Shown: positions 1 through 10,300 of the stretch, piece after piece
Position numbering within the stretch: position 1 is the first letter of the stretch
How the letters are laid out: each line of letters starts with the position of its first letter
Assembly (NCBI GenBank): GCA_034530615.2
Contig: JAVRCV020000052.1
Span: forward strand, 1-64,000
Reading direction: 5' to 3'
Origin: Aulosira sp. ZfuVER01
Lineage (GTDB): Bacteria > Cyanobacteriota > Cyanobacteriia > Cyanobacteriales > Nostocaceae
DNA: 64,000 nt
Position numbers and translations under genes: made by a program
Notes under the pieces: model-generated
Told to the model about the DNA's origin: nothing
The model's database searches: none
The model's input: the letters and a program-made list of their open reading frames with translations, nothing else

Positions 1-18
1 TGTCAATATTGTTGTTGT

Positions 19-1164
19 TTACTTTGTAGAATTGTTTTTAAGAGCTACAGATAATAAGTGATCGGGGCGATTGGGTAAAAGAATTCGCACGTCTACACCA
101 CGGATCGCTGCTAGTTTTAAGGCTGTCAAAGTTGCTTCATCTGGGACAAAGTAAGGGGTAGCAATCCACAGACGAGTTTGAGCTTGATTGATTGCATTTA
201 CAAAGAAAAGATTACAAGCTTTAAGTTTATCTGCGGGGCCTGTAGGAAGTACAAATGCAGTTTGATCGGCTTCTCGATTAACTTTAATTTCCCAGTTTAC
301 ATCAATAAATTTTCGCGTTGCCCAGTACCAATCTTGCATAAATGAAGCTTGCAAACTTTGGACAGTCGGGCCTTGTAATTTCATGTGAGTATCACGCCAA
401 GGACTCAGATGGGAATTTTTCCCCAAATATTCATCACCAATATTCAAACCTCCTAAAAATCCTATTTCACCATCTACTACCAAAATTTTGCGATGGTTGC
501 GAAAATTGAGTTGGAAGCGATTACCTTTACCTCTAGTGGTATGGAACGCACTCACTTGAATGCCATATTTGCATAGAGATTGGATATAAGAGCGAGATAG
601 TTTGTTAGAACCAATTTCATCATAGAGAAAGTAGATATTAACTCCTTGCTTGGCTTTATCAATCAATGCTTCTTTAAACTTCTCACCTGCTTGGTCATCA
701 TTAACGATGTATGATTGCAACAAAATGTAATTTGTGGCAAATGCGATCGCTTTCAACATTGCCTCATAAGTTTTTTCCCCATCTATTAGCAATTCGGCTG
801 CATTACCTGATGTGAAAGGAATTCCTGTAAAAGCCTCAGCTAATGGTTGCAACTGTGCTAATTTTTCTGGTAGTGCCACATGAAATTGGGCAATATCATT
901 GTATGTTTGGCGAGCTAGCTGATAGTGTTGGGCATAAACTAAGCGCAAGGCTTCAGCATATCCATGAAATTTAGTTCTGCCAAGAATCCAATACAATGGA
1001 ATAGCTAACCAAGGAAAGGTAACTAAAGAAATTCCCCAGGCGATCGCCCCTTGTGAAGAACGCACATTCATCACTGCATGGGCAGCATGGGCAAGTCCTA
1101 AGGCATGAACAATGACTGTAGCCGCACTATAAATAGTTATGGCGGCACCACTATCTACAAGCAT
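19..1164 (-). pseudogene. cls: Cardiolipin synthase, C-terminally truncated
   Basis: N-terminal TM hairpin, first HKD motif (NHRKILVVDG), WRDTH and TPYFVPD motifs. The ORF stops just after PDHLL, with no second HKD motif. Confidence 0.75.
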
Positions 1165-1176
1165 CTCAAATTATGA

Positions 1177-2025
1177 TTAAGTATTTATATAAGAAAATTC
1201 TGCCAATAATGGCTTGTGATCTGATGAACAAATGTGTTCTAGTACTTTAGCACTGGCTTTGTGTTCCCTGAGTCCTCGGTAAAATATATAATCTAACGGC
1301 GGTGATAGCAAAAAGCGTTTAATTTTCTTGCTATGGTGAGGCGCAAAAGCTACTGGCATTAATCCCAATCGAGTAGCTGTTTTATAGAGAAATAATGCTC
1401 TTTTGCGATTCCAGGTGTTGAAATCTCCTGAAAATATAATCGGCCCTTGATGATTAGATAATGCTAGCTCTAACTCTTGCAATTGGGTTTTAAATTTATG
1501 AATATTGACGAAATTTATGAGATGACTATTGATAGTTAAGAGACTATCTTTGTTGTTAGATAAGGGATATTCAGCCATTAGAGAAACTTTAGGAGTTTTA
1601 ATAATCGGTTCATAATGTTTTGTAATGATGGCTCTCTTGTTAAGCGGGCTAATTTTAGCTGCTGTTAAAATTCCTGAATATGTTTGATGATGAGCATCGA
1701 TAAAGTTAGGTGCAAAGTTCCAACTCATATCTATCAAATCTACTAAACTCCCTGCATCTACATCTAGACGGAATTCTTGGAGAAAAATTAGATCTGGTTG
1801 ATATTGCTCAAGAATAGTTAAAAAATCCTTTACCCAATTTTTGTCATAACTTTTTTTGGCAATGTTCCAGTTCAGGACTTTGATTGATAGACTATTTAGT
1901 CCTGTTTGCAGTATATGACTTCTATCAATTGTCGATTCTTCGGTGCGCAGAAATCGATATGATGGCACAAATTTTCTGGTAAGAATGTCTACGCGCTCTT
2001 TGATATTAAGCATTATTAACGGCAA
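1177..2025 (-). CDS. Endonuclease/exonuclease/phosphatase family protein
   Basis: WNI, LQE, GDFN, LDYIFY and SDH motifs. Confidence 0.9.
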   Translation of the reverse strand: MPLIMLNIKERVDILTRKFVPSYRFLRTEESTIDRSHILQTGLNSLSIKVLNWNIAKKSYDKNWVKDFLTILEQYQPDLIFLQEFRLDVDAGSLVDLIDMSWNFAPNFIDAHHQTYSGILTAAKISPLNKRAIITKHYEPIIKTPKVSLMAEYPLSNNKDSLLTINSHLINFVNIHKFKTQLQELELALSNHQGPIIFSGDFNTWNRKRALFLYKTATRLGLMPVAFAPHHSKKIKRFLLSPPLDYIFYRGLREHKASAKVLEHICSSDHKPLLAEFSYINT

Positions 2026-2372
2026 CCTGGACTTTACCTAGCTTAACTCTAAATTGTAGTGTGGATGTGACAAACCCGGTCAATGCTTGAGTGATAGGAT
2101 TTTCGAGAATACACGTTTTCACACAAGCCATTTTTGAAGAGTGCGATCGCTTATTGCCTGATAATCTGGATGTACTGCTTTGTCTCCTAAAGGTTTCAGG
2201 AATTTGAGCCAATCAAGGGTTTATGCTCTCAAAGTCATGCCCAGCAATGAATGGGGTATCCTTGGATTTTCTTTACGAATCAACTTCTGAGGCATCTATA
2301 TAGTGATATATTCCTACTACCTGACCACGGTGATGCCAAATTCATCGGAGCAAATGCATATACTCAGGATGA

Positions 2373-3719
2373 ATGATGAACTTTGAAGAAGGATTAACAG
2401 TTTTAGATGCAGTCGTCTTTAACAAAATCAACAGACATCTGAAAGATGTCGAAATCATTGTCCTGAAAGGCTCATGGCAAGGACTAAGTTATGATGAAAT
2501 TGCCGCTAATGAAGGTTATGCAGCCAAATATCTCCGGCAAGATGTAGGTTTCAAACTGTGGAAATTACTTTCAGAAGCATTAGGGGAAGAGGTTAATAAA
2601 ACTAATTTTCGTGCAGCTATCGAGCGTTCATACTTTAGAGATCAGAATATTCTACCAACAGTAGTAAATCAAGATAGTTGCATTACTGTCAAAAGTGGAT
2701 TTGTGCCAGAATATCCAGAAGGTTCAGTACCACTGAATTCTCCATTTTATATCCAGCGATCGCCAATAGAAGAACGTTGTTATGAAACAATTCTCCATGC
2801 TGGTTGTTTGATTCGGATTAAAGCCCCTAATCAAATGGGTAAAACATCGCTAATGGATAGAATTATCGCTCACTCAAATCAGCAAGGATATCACACAGTC
2901 CGTCTAAATTTATTGCAAGCAGAAACAACATTTTTTAGTAATTTAGATAAATTTTTGCGCTGGTTTTGTGTTTATGTTAGCCACAAATTAAAATTACCTT
3001 CTTCGTTAGCAGAAACCTGGGATGAGTATAGAGGTAGCATTGTTAATTGTACTACATATTTTGAAGATAATATTTTATCCCAAATCAATAATAATTTAGT
3101 TTTAGCATTAGATGAAGTAGATAGAGTTTTTCAGTATCCTGAAGTTTATCAAGGTTTCTTTGCCATGTTACGTACTTGGCATGAAGAAGCTAAAACTGTA
3201 GACATTTGGGAAAATTTACGATTAATTGTCGTAAATTCTACTGAAAATTATGGCTCACTAGATATCAATCAATCACCATTTAATGTTGGCTTGGTTGTTG
3301 AATTAAGCGAGTTTAACCAATCACAGATAGAAATCCTAGCCCATCATCACCAACTTAATTATAATCAAACTCAAGTGCAGCAATTAATGTCTATGCTTGG
3401 GGGACATCCATATTTAATTAGATTAGCACTATATCACCTCGCACTTGGGCAGATAACACTGGAATATTTATTACAAAATGCCCCGACAAATGCCGGAATT
3501 TATGAAGAATACTTACGCCGATTTTTGCATACTTTTCAAGTAAATCCTCATCTAGCGGAGGCATTTATGCAAGTAGTTACAGCAACAGAACCAGTTGGGA
3601 TCGCAACCATGCCAGCATATCAGTTATACAGCATGGGATTAGTTAAGAGAGTCGGCGATAAATTAGTCACACGCTGTCAGTTATATCAACAATATTTTCG
3701 GGAACATTTGCAGCCTTAA
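2373..3719 (+). CDS. N-terminal HTH + AAA-like (AAA_35-type) ATPase
   Basis: HTH-like GSWQGLSYDEIA...LWKLLSEALG; EYPEGSVP; Walker A-like APNQMGKTS; Walker B LALDEVD; SPFNVG; GGHPYL. Confidence 0.85.
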   Translation: MMNFEEGLTVLDAVVFNKINRHLKDVEIIVLKGSWQGLSYDEIAANEGYAAKYLRQDVGFKLWKLLSEALGEEVNKTNFRAAIERSYFRDQNILPTVVNQDSCITVKSGFVPEYPEGSVPLNSPFYIQRSPIEERCYETILHAGCLIRIKAPNQMGKTSLMDRIIAHSNQQGYHTVRLNLLQAETTFFSNLDKFLRWFCVYVSHKLKLPSSLAETWDEYRGSIVNCTTYFEDNILSQINNNLVLALDEVDRVFQYPEVYQGFFAMLRTWHEEAKTVDIWENLRLIVVNSTENYGSLDINQSPFNVGLVVELSEFNQSQIEILAHHHQLNYNQTQVQQLMSMLGGHPYLIRLALYHLALGQITLEYLLQNAPTNAGIYEEYLRRFLHTFQVNPHLAEAFMQVVTATEPVGIATMPAYQLYSMGLVKRVGDKLVTRCQLYQQYFREHLQP

Positions 3720-3736
3720 AAAAGCGATCGCACTAA

Positions 3737-3764
3737 TTGGCCCAAAAGTAGAGTTTTGGGCCAA
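3737..3764. terminator. Hairpin between convergent genes, probable bidirectional terminator
   Basis: TTGGCCCAAAA-N6-TTTTGGGCCAA, perfect 11-bp stem. Confidence 0.7.
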
Positions 3765-3794
3765 AATATAGAAATACTAGCTATCTAGCTAAAG

Positions 3795-4244
3795 TTAAAA
3801 ACTGAAAGTTGCCGAAACATTACCATACCATACGTTATCATTAGAACTCCAAGTACCTGTCATACTTTGTTGATCGGGTGATAATTTAGCTTCATATATA
3901 CCTTCAGTTTGACCTCGATAAGAAAAAATCACCTGATCCCCGTTTACGTCTTCAAGTTTGACTATACCTTGGATAACTTCGTTTTTGCTACTACGCCAAG
4001 TAGCTTTATAAGTCTTCGACTTACCAACCCGAACCCAAGTACCTACCCAACTGTTACCATCTTTACCTGTTTCACTAGTTTGGACAGTTTTGGGACTAAA
4101 TGTTGTAGCTTGAGCAAGCAACGTTTTTGAGGTATTGTCTGATAAAGCAGGGGAAGCAAATGCTTGAGCAGCTAATTCATTCATTAATAAAACAGAGCTA
4201 GAAATATATCCAACTAAAAGCAGATTAGATGTAGTTTTCAACAT
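3795..4244 (-). CDS. Secreted hypothetical protein, beta-rich mature domain
   Basis: Signal-like N-terminus, cyanobacterial LLAQ motif, Trp/Gly-rich C-terminal domain. Confidence 0.75.
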   Translation of the reverse strand: MLKTTSNLLLVGYISSSVLLMNELAAQAFASPALSDNTSKTLLAQATTFSPKTVQTSETGKDGNSWVGTWVRVGKSKTYKATWRSSKNEVIQGIVKLEDVNGDQVIFSYRGQTEGIYEAKLSPDQQSMTGTWSSNDNVWYGNVSATFSF

Positions 4245-4318
4245 GACTGGTTTCCCTTGTATTTATGAGTGCGATCGCAAACTTGAGTATTAACTAGAAT
4301 TGTGGTGTTGTTCAAACT

Positions 4319-5359
4319 CTACAGCCCTGTGATGTGGCTCCATCCAGACGCAAAACCGCTGAGACTGCTAACGAAGGTATAATTGCCTGTGTTGTCAATT
4401 CGAGCAGTTGCACCATCACCTGTTGAGGCATTGTAAAAAAGTATGGCTCCATCGCCAGTTCCGGTAATGCGAGTCCAGCCTTTTGCGAAGCCAGAAATGC
4501 TGCGAACAAAAGTGTAATTACCAGCGCTATCGAGTCGGGCGGTTGCACCTTCGCCTGTTGCAGCGTTATAGAACAGGAGACTACCTTGGTTGGCAGACAC
4601 GATGTGAGTCCAGCCTTTTGCGAATCCGGAAATGGAACCGACAAACTGGTAGTTCCCGGCGTTGTCGAGTAGGGCGGTTGCACCTTCTCCTGTTGCAGCG
4701 TTGTAGAAGAATACACCGCCATTTCTATTGCCAACAATATGAGTCCAGCCTTTGGCAAATCCGGAGATGGAACCAACAAACTGATATTTTCCGTTGTTGC
4801 CAATTCGGGCGGTTGCACCTTCGCCTGTGGCAGCGTTGCAGAACAGCAGACTACCTCGGTGGGCGGATGCGATGTGAGTCCAGCCTTTGGCGAATCCGGG
4901 GATGGAACCGACGAACTGGTATTTTCCGTTGTTGTCAATTCGGGCGATCGCACCTTCGCCTATCGCACTGTTGTAGAATAATATGTCGCCATTATTAGTG
5001 CCGACAATATGAGTCCAGCCTGTTGCAAATCCGGGGATGGAACCGACAAACTGATATTTTCCGCTACTGTCGAGCCGGGAGGTTGCACCTTCGCCTGTCG
5101 CAGCGTTGTAGAAGAGAAGGGCAGGAATTGAGCCGAACGGGGAGGGGCCAGTTGACTCCTCCGGTACGAGAACCTCTTCCTTAGCCAGAATCAGATCTGA
5201 AGGAAATGCAACCATCATGGCTGCCGATTGAGGAATTACCGCTTGCTGGCTAGGAGATTGAACATTACTAATAACAGGCTCCTTAGCAGCAACAGCAAGC
5301 GTAGTTAAACCTAATAAAGGTAAAGATAAAGCAACATTAAAAAAAGCTTGGCGTTTCAT
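4319..5359 (-). CDS. Secreted beta-propeller repeat protein (6 x 45 aa), lectin-like
   Basis: Probable start MKRQAFF at 5359 with signal peptide; six LFYNAATGEGAT...GFAKGWTHI repeats; 135-bp DNA period (GAGTCCAGCC at 4471, 4606, 4741, 4876, 5011). Confidence 0.85.
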   Translation of the reverse strand: MKRQAFFNVALSLPLLGLTTLAVAAKEPVISNVQSPSQQAVIPQSAAMMVAFPSDLILAKEEVLVPEESTGPSPFGSIPALLFYNAATGEGATSRLDSSGKYQFVGSIPGFATGWTHIVGTNNGDILFYNSAIGEGAIARIDNNGKYQFVGSIPGFAKGWTHIASAHRGSLLFCNAATGEGATARIGNNGKYQFVGSISGFAKGWTHIVGNRNGGVFFYNAATGEGATALLDNAGNYQFVGSISGFAKGWTHIVSANQGSLLFYNAATGEGATARLDSAGNYTFVRSISGFAKGWTRITGTGDGAILFYNASTGDGATARIDNTGNYTFVSSLSGFASGWSHITGL

Positions 5360-5757
5360 GGTGTTTTCTCTTGGGGATAGTGCGTACAAAAGATTTGAAA
5401 ATATTGGCAAGATGGCAATTGTTGATAATGGAAAACTGAGTTATTTAACTTTCATAAAAATTTATTTAGATTTTTAAGTGTGATAATCAACTGTGGATTA
5501 ACTAAGATTATGTAATTTTATTTAATTGCTGTCTATACATATAAGATCAGGGTTTCAGATGCATAACTTGAAGCTAAATATCAGGTTTAAATCCAAAAAT
5601 CAGTAAATGTCATAAAAAGTTAGGTCAACGCCGTTTTAGCTTACCTGACATTACTGATGAGATGCTTTTTGGAATTCCTGACATTTTCTGGAGCGACAAC
5701 CAGAAAATTACAGTGCATAATTCAAACAAATAACTTGTCTGTGTAAGCAGCTAGTAG

Positions 5758-5965
5758 TAGTGGCGTGTCTAGACTAAAATGTTGCATTAGATTTAATGAA
5801 ATAAACCGCCGATAAACGAGCCAGTGCGTTGGGTGGCTTTGCCGATTTGTTCGCTGAAAGCGTTCCCGTTCCCTCGAAGAGGGTTCCCGCAGGGTAGGGT
5901 AGCAACTGGCGTGCCGATGAAATTGATTTTTGCTATTGCACAAATTTAGCTGTGTCAGTCCACTA
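5758..5965. mobile_element. MITE-like element with imperfect TIRs carrying nested small dispersed repeats
   Basis: Left end TAGTGGCGTGTCTAGACTAAAATGTTGCA; right end reverse complement TAGTGGACTGACACAGCTAAATTTGTGCA; GC-rich palindromic core at 5818-5912. Confidence 0.55.
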
Positions 5966-6168
5966 CGAAGGATTGAGATTATTGGTGTGTATACCGTAGT
6001 TTTTTCAAGGGAATAGGGGGGAATCAATAAGTGTCTAAAATCATAGCTAATCACTTTTAAAACAATCTCTGACAATGTGCATTGGCCGCGTCACGAATGA
6101 CGACATCAATCAATTGACGAGCCAAACTCACTCATAATCACAATTATTCTGAAATAATGGGTCTTTTT

Positions 6169-7245
6169 ATGAAACGTCGTCAGTTAATAATTAACGCAGG
6201 GATTGCTTGTGTTAGCGGTTTGTTATCAACCACATTACCATCCATAGTAAAAGCTCAAAATGAAAAACAAACTTTCTATACTAAAGGACGATATCTTTAC
6301 AATAGATTTGGGGAAAAAGTAATTCTGAATGGCATCAATTTACCCATTTTGGATGACTGGGATTTTCCTCAAAAGGATAAGTTAGCAGAACTAGAGAAAA
6401 CTGGGGCTAACGCAGTCAGAATTCAATGGTACAAAGATTATGATCAATCTAGCCGTCCTAGTTATTCGATTTCTGACTTGGATAATCTTCTTACTCGCTG
6501 TCGGGAAAGTCAAATTATTCCCATCATCGGACTGTGGGATGTCACATGTAATAGCAATCCAAATTTGTTAAATACTCAGTTGATTCCTTGGTGGACAAAT
6601 AATGAGGTGTTGAATGTACTTAAAAAACATGAGTCTTATCTAATTATTAATCTAGCCAATGAGTTAGGATTTTATCGGTGGACAGATAATCAAAAGGCTG
6701 CTTTAAACAGATTCAAGAATGCTTATAAAAATGCAATTATCAGTATCCGCCAATACTTACACTTACCAATTATGATCGACGCTCCAGATTGTGGTACTTC
6801 AATCGAAGCTTTTTCTTTAATTGGCAAAGAATTAATTGCTCACGATCCTGACCATAATTTATTATTTAGTGGTCATGCTTATTGGTCTGATTATGATGGT
6901 ATTCCACATATTGAAAGCATGATTAAGGCTAATATTCCACTCGTTTTTGGTGAAATTGCTAACAAGCAAGATGAAAATATTAATGGAACAACTAAATATT
7001 GCTATTACGATTTAGATGGTACTACAGAAAATCGCCAATCTATCAAAAGGTTTACTTACCAAGCCTTATTGCCAATACTCAAACAGGAACAAATTGGTTG
7101 GATGGCTTGGTGCTGGTGGAAAGATAATTGTACCAATCGTCAAATGACGCTGAATGGAAAATTTTCTAATCTCACATCCTATGGAGATGATTTAGTAAAT
7201 AACCCAATTTATGGTTTGAAAATAATTGCTAAAAGAACGCGGTAA
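6169..7245 (+). CDS. GH5 family glycoside hydrolase (mannanase/cellulase-like) with Tat-type signal
   Basis: MKRRQLI signal; GANAVRI; acid/base in NLANE; FSGHAY; nucleophile in FGE; GWMAWCW. Confidence 0.85.
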   Translation: MKRRQLIINAGIACVSGLLSTTLPSIVKAQNEKQTFYTKGRYLYNRFGEKVILNGINLPILDDWDFPQKDKLAELEKTGANAVRIQWYKDYDQSSRPSYSISDLDNLLTRCRESQIIPIIGLWDVTCNSNPNLLNTQLIPWWTNNEVLNVLKKHESYLIINLANELGFYRWTDNQKAALNRFKNAYKNAIISIRQYLHLPIMIDAPDCGTSIEAFSLIGKELIAHDPDHNLLFSGHAYWSDYDGIPHIESMIKANIPLVFGEIANKQDENINGTTKYCYYDLDGTTENRQSIKRFTYQALLPILKQEQIGWMAWCWWKDNCTNRQMTLNGKFSNLTSYGDDLVNNPIYGLKIIAKRTR

Positions 7246-7305
7246 ATTAGCCTTGAGAGTTTTCACAATTATAATTTGGTAACTAAAATCAAACATTGAA
7301 ATAAT

Positions 7306-10300
7306 ATGACAAATTTTAACTACTATAAATTAGGAGGAAGCCTAGAATATCAACACCCAACTTATGTAGTGCGACAAGCTGATTCTGACCTTTATGAAGG
7401 ATTGATAAAGGGTAACTTATGTTATGTTTTCAATTCTCGTCAGATGGGGAAATCTAGCTTGCGGGTACACATTACAAAACAGCTTAAAGAACAAGGGATA
7501 AAATGTGCTTCTGTTGATTTGACGAGAATTGGTAGTCATATCACTCCTTTGGAATGGTATGGTGGATTTGTCTCTGAGTTGTTACGCGGTTTTGGTTTAT
7601 CAAAAAAAGTAAATTTTAGTATATGGTGGCGACAACATGAATTTTTACCTCCAAAACAAAGACTAAGTCAATTAATTGATGATATATTATTCCCAGAAAT
7701 TACAGGGAAAATTATAATTTTTATTGATGAAGTTGATAGTATTATAGGAATTGATTTTAAAGATGATTTTTTTGCTTTTATTCGGGCTTGTTATAACCAA
7801 AGAGCAGATAATTCAGAATATCAACGGCTGACTTTTTGTTTGTTGGGTGTAGCTACTCCCTCTAATTTAGTTGCTGATAAAAATCGGACACCTTTTAATA
7901 TTGGCAAAGCTATTGAATTAACTGGATTTAAATTAGCAGAAGTAGCAGCTTTAAGCAGAGGTTTAGAGGAAATAGTTGCTAGGCCAGAATTTGTAATTGA
8001 AGAGGTGTTAAAGTGGACTGGAGGTCAGCCATTTTTAACTCAAAAGCTTTGTCAACTAATTTGTATTTCTCAAAAACCATTTCCAGCCCATCATGAAGTA
8101 GAATGCATTGAGAGATTGGTACAAACGCAAATCATCGAAAATTGGGAAGCGCAGGACGAACCAGAACATTTACGAACAATCCGCGATCGCCTAACGCAAA
8201 ATGCAGAAAATCAAACTGGGCGATTATTAGCACTATACCAGCAAATCTTGACTCAGGGAGAAATTCCCGCAGATGACAGTCCCGAACAAATGCAACTACG
8301 TCTGACGGGATTAATTGTCAAGCAACAGGGAAAACTGCGAGTTTATAATAAAATTTACGCAGAGATATTTAATCAAGCATGGGTCAATAAAGTATTAGCA
8401 AATATTCGCCCATACTCTCAAAGTTTAAATGCTTGGGTAGCTTCTAACTTGCAAGATGAGTCGCGTTTGTTGCGGGGACAAACTTTACAAGATGCTCGGA
8501 TTTGGGCAGCAGATAAAGGTTTAAGCGATTTAGATCGAAAATTTCTAGATGCTAGTCAGGAATTAGAAAAGCGAGATATTCAGAAACGATTGCAAGCAGA
8601 AGCCGAAGCATCAAGAATTTTGGTAGAAGCGAACGAAGTTTTAGTTGCAGCAAATCATAAAGCTAAAAGAAGAATTAAAATGGGCGGAATAGTATTAGTA
8701 ATAAGCCTTGTTGCAGGAATGGTTGCTGGAATTTGGGCGAATATGGTGGTTAAAGATATACAACTGGAGAGAATAAAATCTTTAACTATCTCTGCTAATG
8801 GTTTATTAAACTCAAATAGAGAACTTGATGCTTTAGTTGCTGCACTCAAAGCAGCTGTAAAATCGAAATCAGCAACTTCGGCGGATGCTAACACTAAAGA
8901 AGCGATAAGATTAGCATTACAACGTGCGGTTTATAAGGTCAGAGAACGAAATCGCTTAGAAGGGCATAATGATGTAGTCAGAAGTGTCAACTTTAGCCCT
9001 GATGGTCAAAATATTGTGACTGCTAGTGAAGATAGCACAGTGAGACTGTGGAGTATTGATGGCAGGGAAATTACAAAAATCACTGTTAAAAATCAAATTT
9101 TTACAAATGTTATTTTTAGTCCAGATAGCAAGATGATTGCTGCTATTAGTTCAGATAAAACAGTCAACATTTGGGGTTTAGATGGAAGGGAAATTATCAC
9201 TTTCAAAGGTCAAGATGAAGAAACTTTTATGAGCAGTATTTGTTGGACACCGGATGGTAAAGTAATTGCTGCTCCTGGTAGAGATAATACAGTCAAATTT
9301 TGGAATATTAATGGTAAGGAAATCAAAACCCTGAAAGGGCATAAAGTTTCTGTTTGGAGTATCAGTTGCAGCCCTGATAGTAAAACTATTGTCACAGCCG
9401 ATCTCGGGGGTGTCATCAAAATTTGGAGTATTGATGGACAAGAACTTAAAAGCTTTCAAGCCAGTAAACAATCTATTTTTGGTGTGAGTTTTAGCCCCGA
9501 TGGTAAAGCGATCGCAACTGCGGGAGGAGACACCACCGTTAAACTGTGGAACTTAGAGGGGAAAGAAATCAAAACCCTTGGCAAACATGACAATTATGCA
9601 ATTAGTGTCAGTTTCAGCCCAGATGGTAAAGTTATTGCTTCCACCAGTGCTGACAAAACAGTTAAATTGTGGAGTGTTAATGGAAAAGAACTCAAAACCC
9701 TCCAAGGTCATAATGATTCTGTTTTTAGCGCTAGTTTTAGCCCAGATAGTAAAACTATAGCCTCAGCTAGTGCCGATCAGACAGTGAAACTATGGAATAT
9801 TGGCGATCAAGAACCCAAATCTCTCATTGGACATAATGATTCTCTTTGGGGTGTGAGTTTTAGTCCCGATGGTAAAATTATTGCTTCAGCCGGGGATGAT
9901 AAGACTATTAAATTGTGGAATCTTGATGGTCAAGAATTGGCATCAATAAAAGCAGATAGTGAGAATTGGAATCGCATTTGGAATCTGAATTTTAGTCCCA
10001 ATGGTCAGATAATTGCTACTGCCAATTCTGACAAAACAATCAAACTTTGGAATTTAAATGGTCAAAATATTCAAACTTTCAAAGCACACAATAACGAAGT
10101 TACTGAAGTAAACTTTAGCCCTAATGGTCAAACTCTGGTGAGCGCTAGTTATGATGGTACAGTCAAACTATGGGATATCAACGGTCAAGAACTCAGAACT
10201 TTAGAAGCAGATGCAGGTAAAGTTTACAGTGCAAATTTCAGCCCCAATGGTCAGACACTTGTTTCTGCTCATCATGATGGGACAATCAAACTGTGGAATT

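Noticed and set aside
4312..4998. Alternative-frame ORFs (4312..4953, 4483..4998, 4739..4981) and the 135-bp periodicity as a possible CRISPR or non-coding array
   Set aside because: The periodicity is explained by the 45-aa protein repeat. There are no unique spacers, and the shadow ORFs arise from GC-rich repeats.
5722..6075. 117-aa ORF
   Set aside because: It runs through the MITE/SDR element and has no protein-like features.
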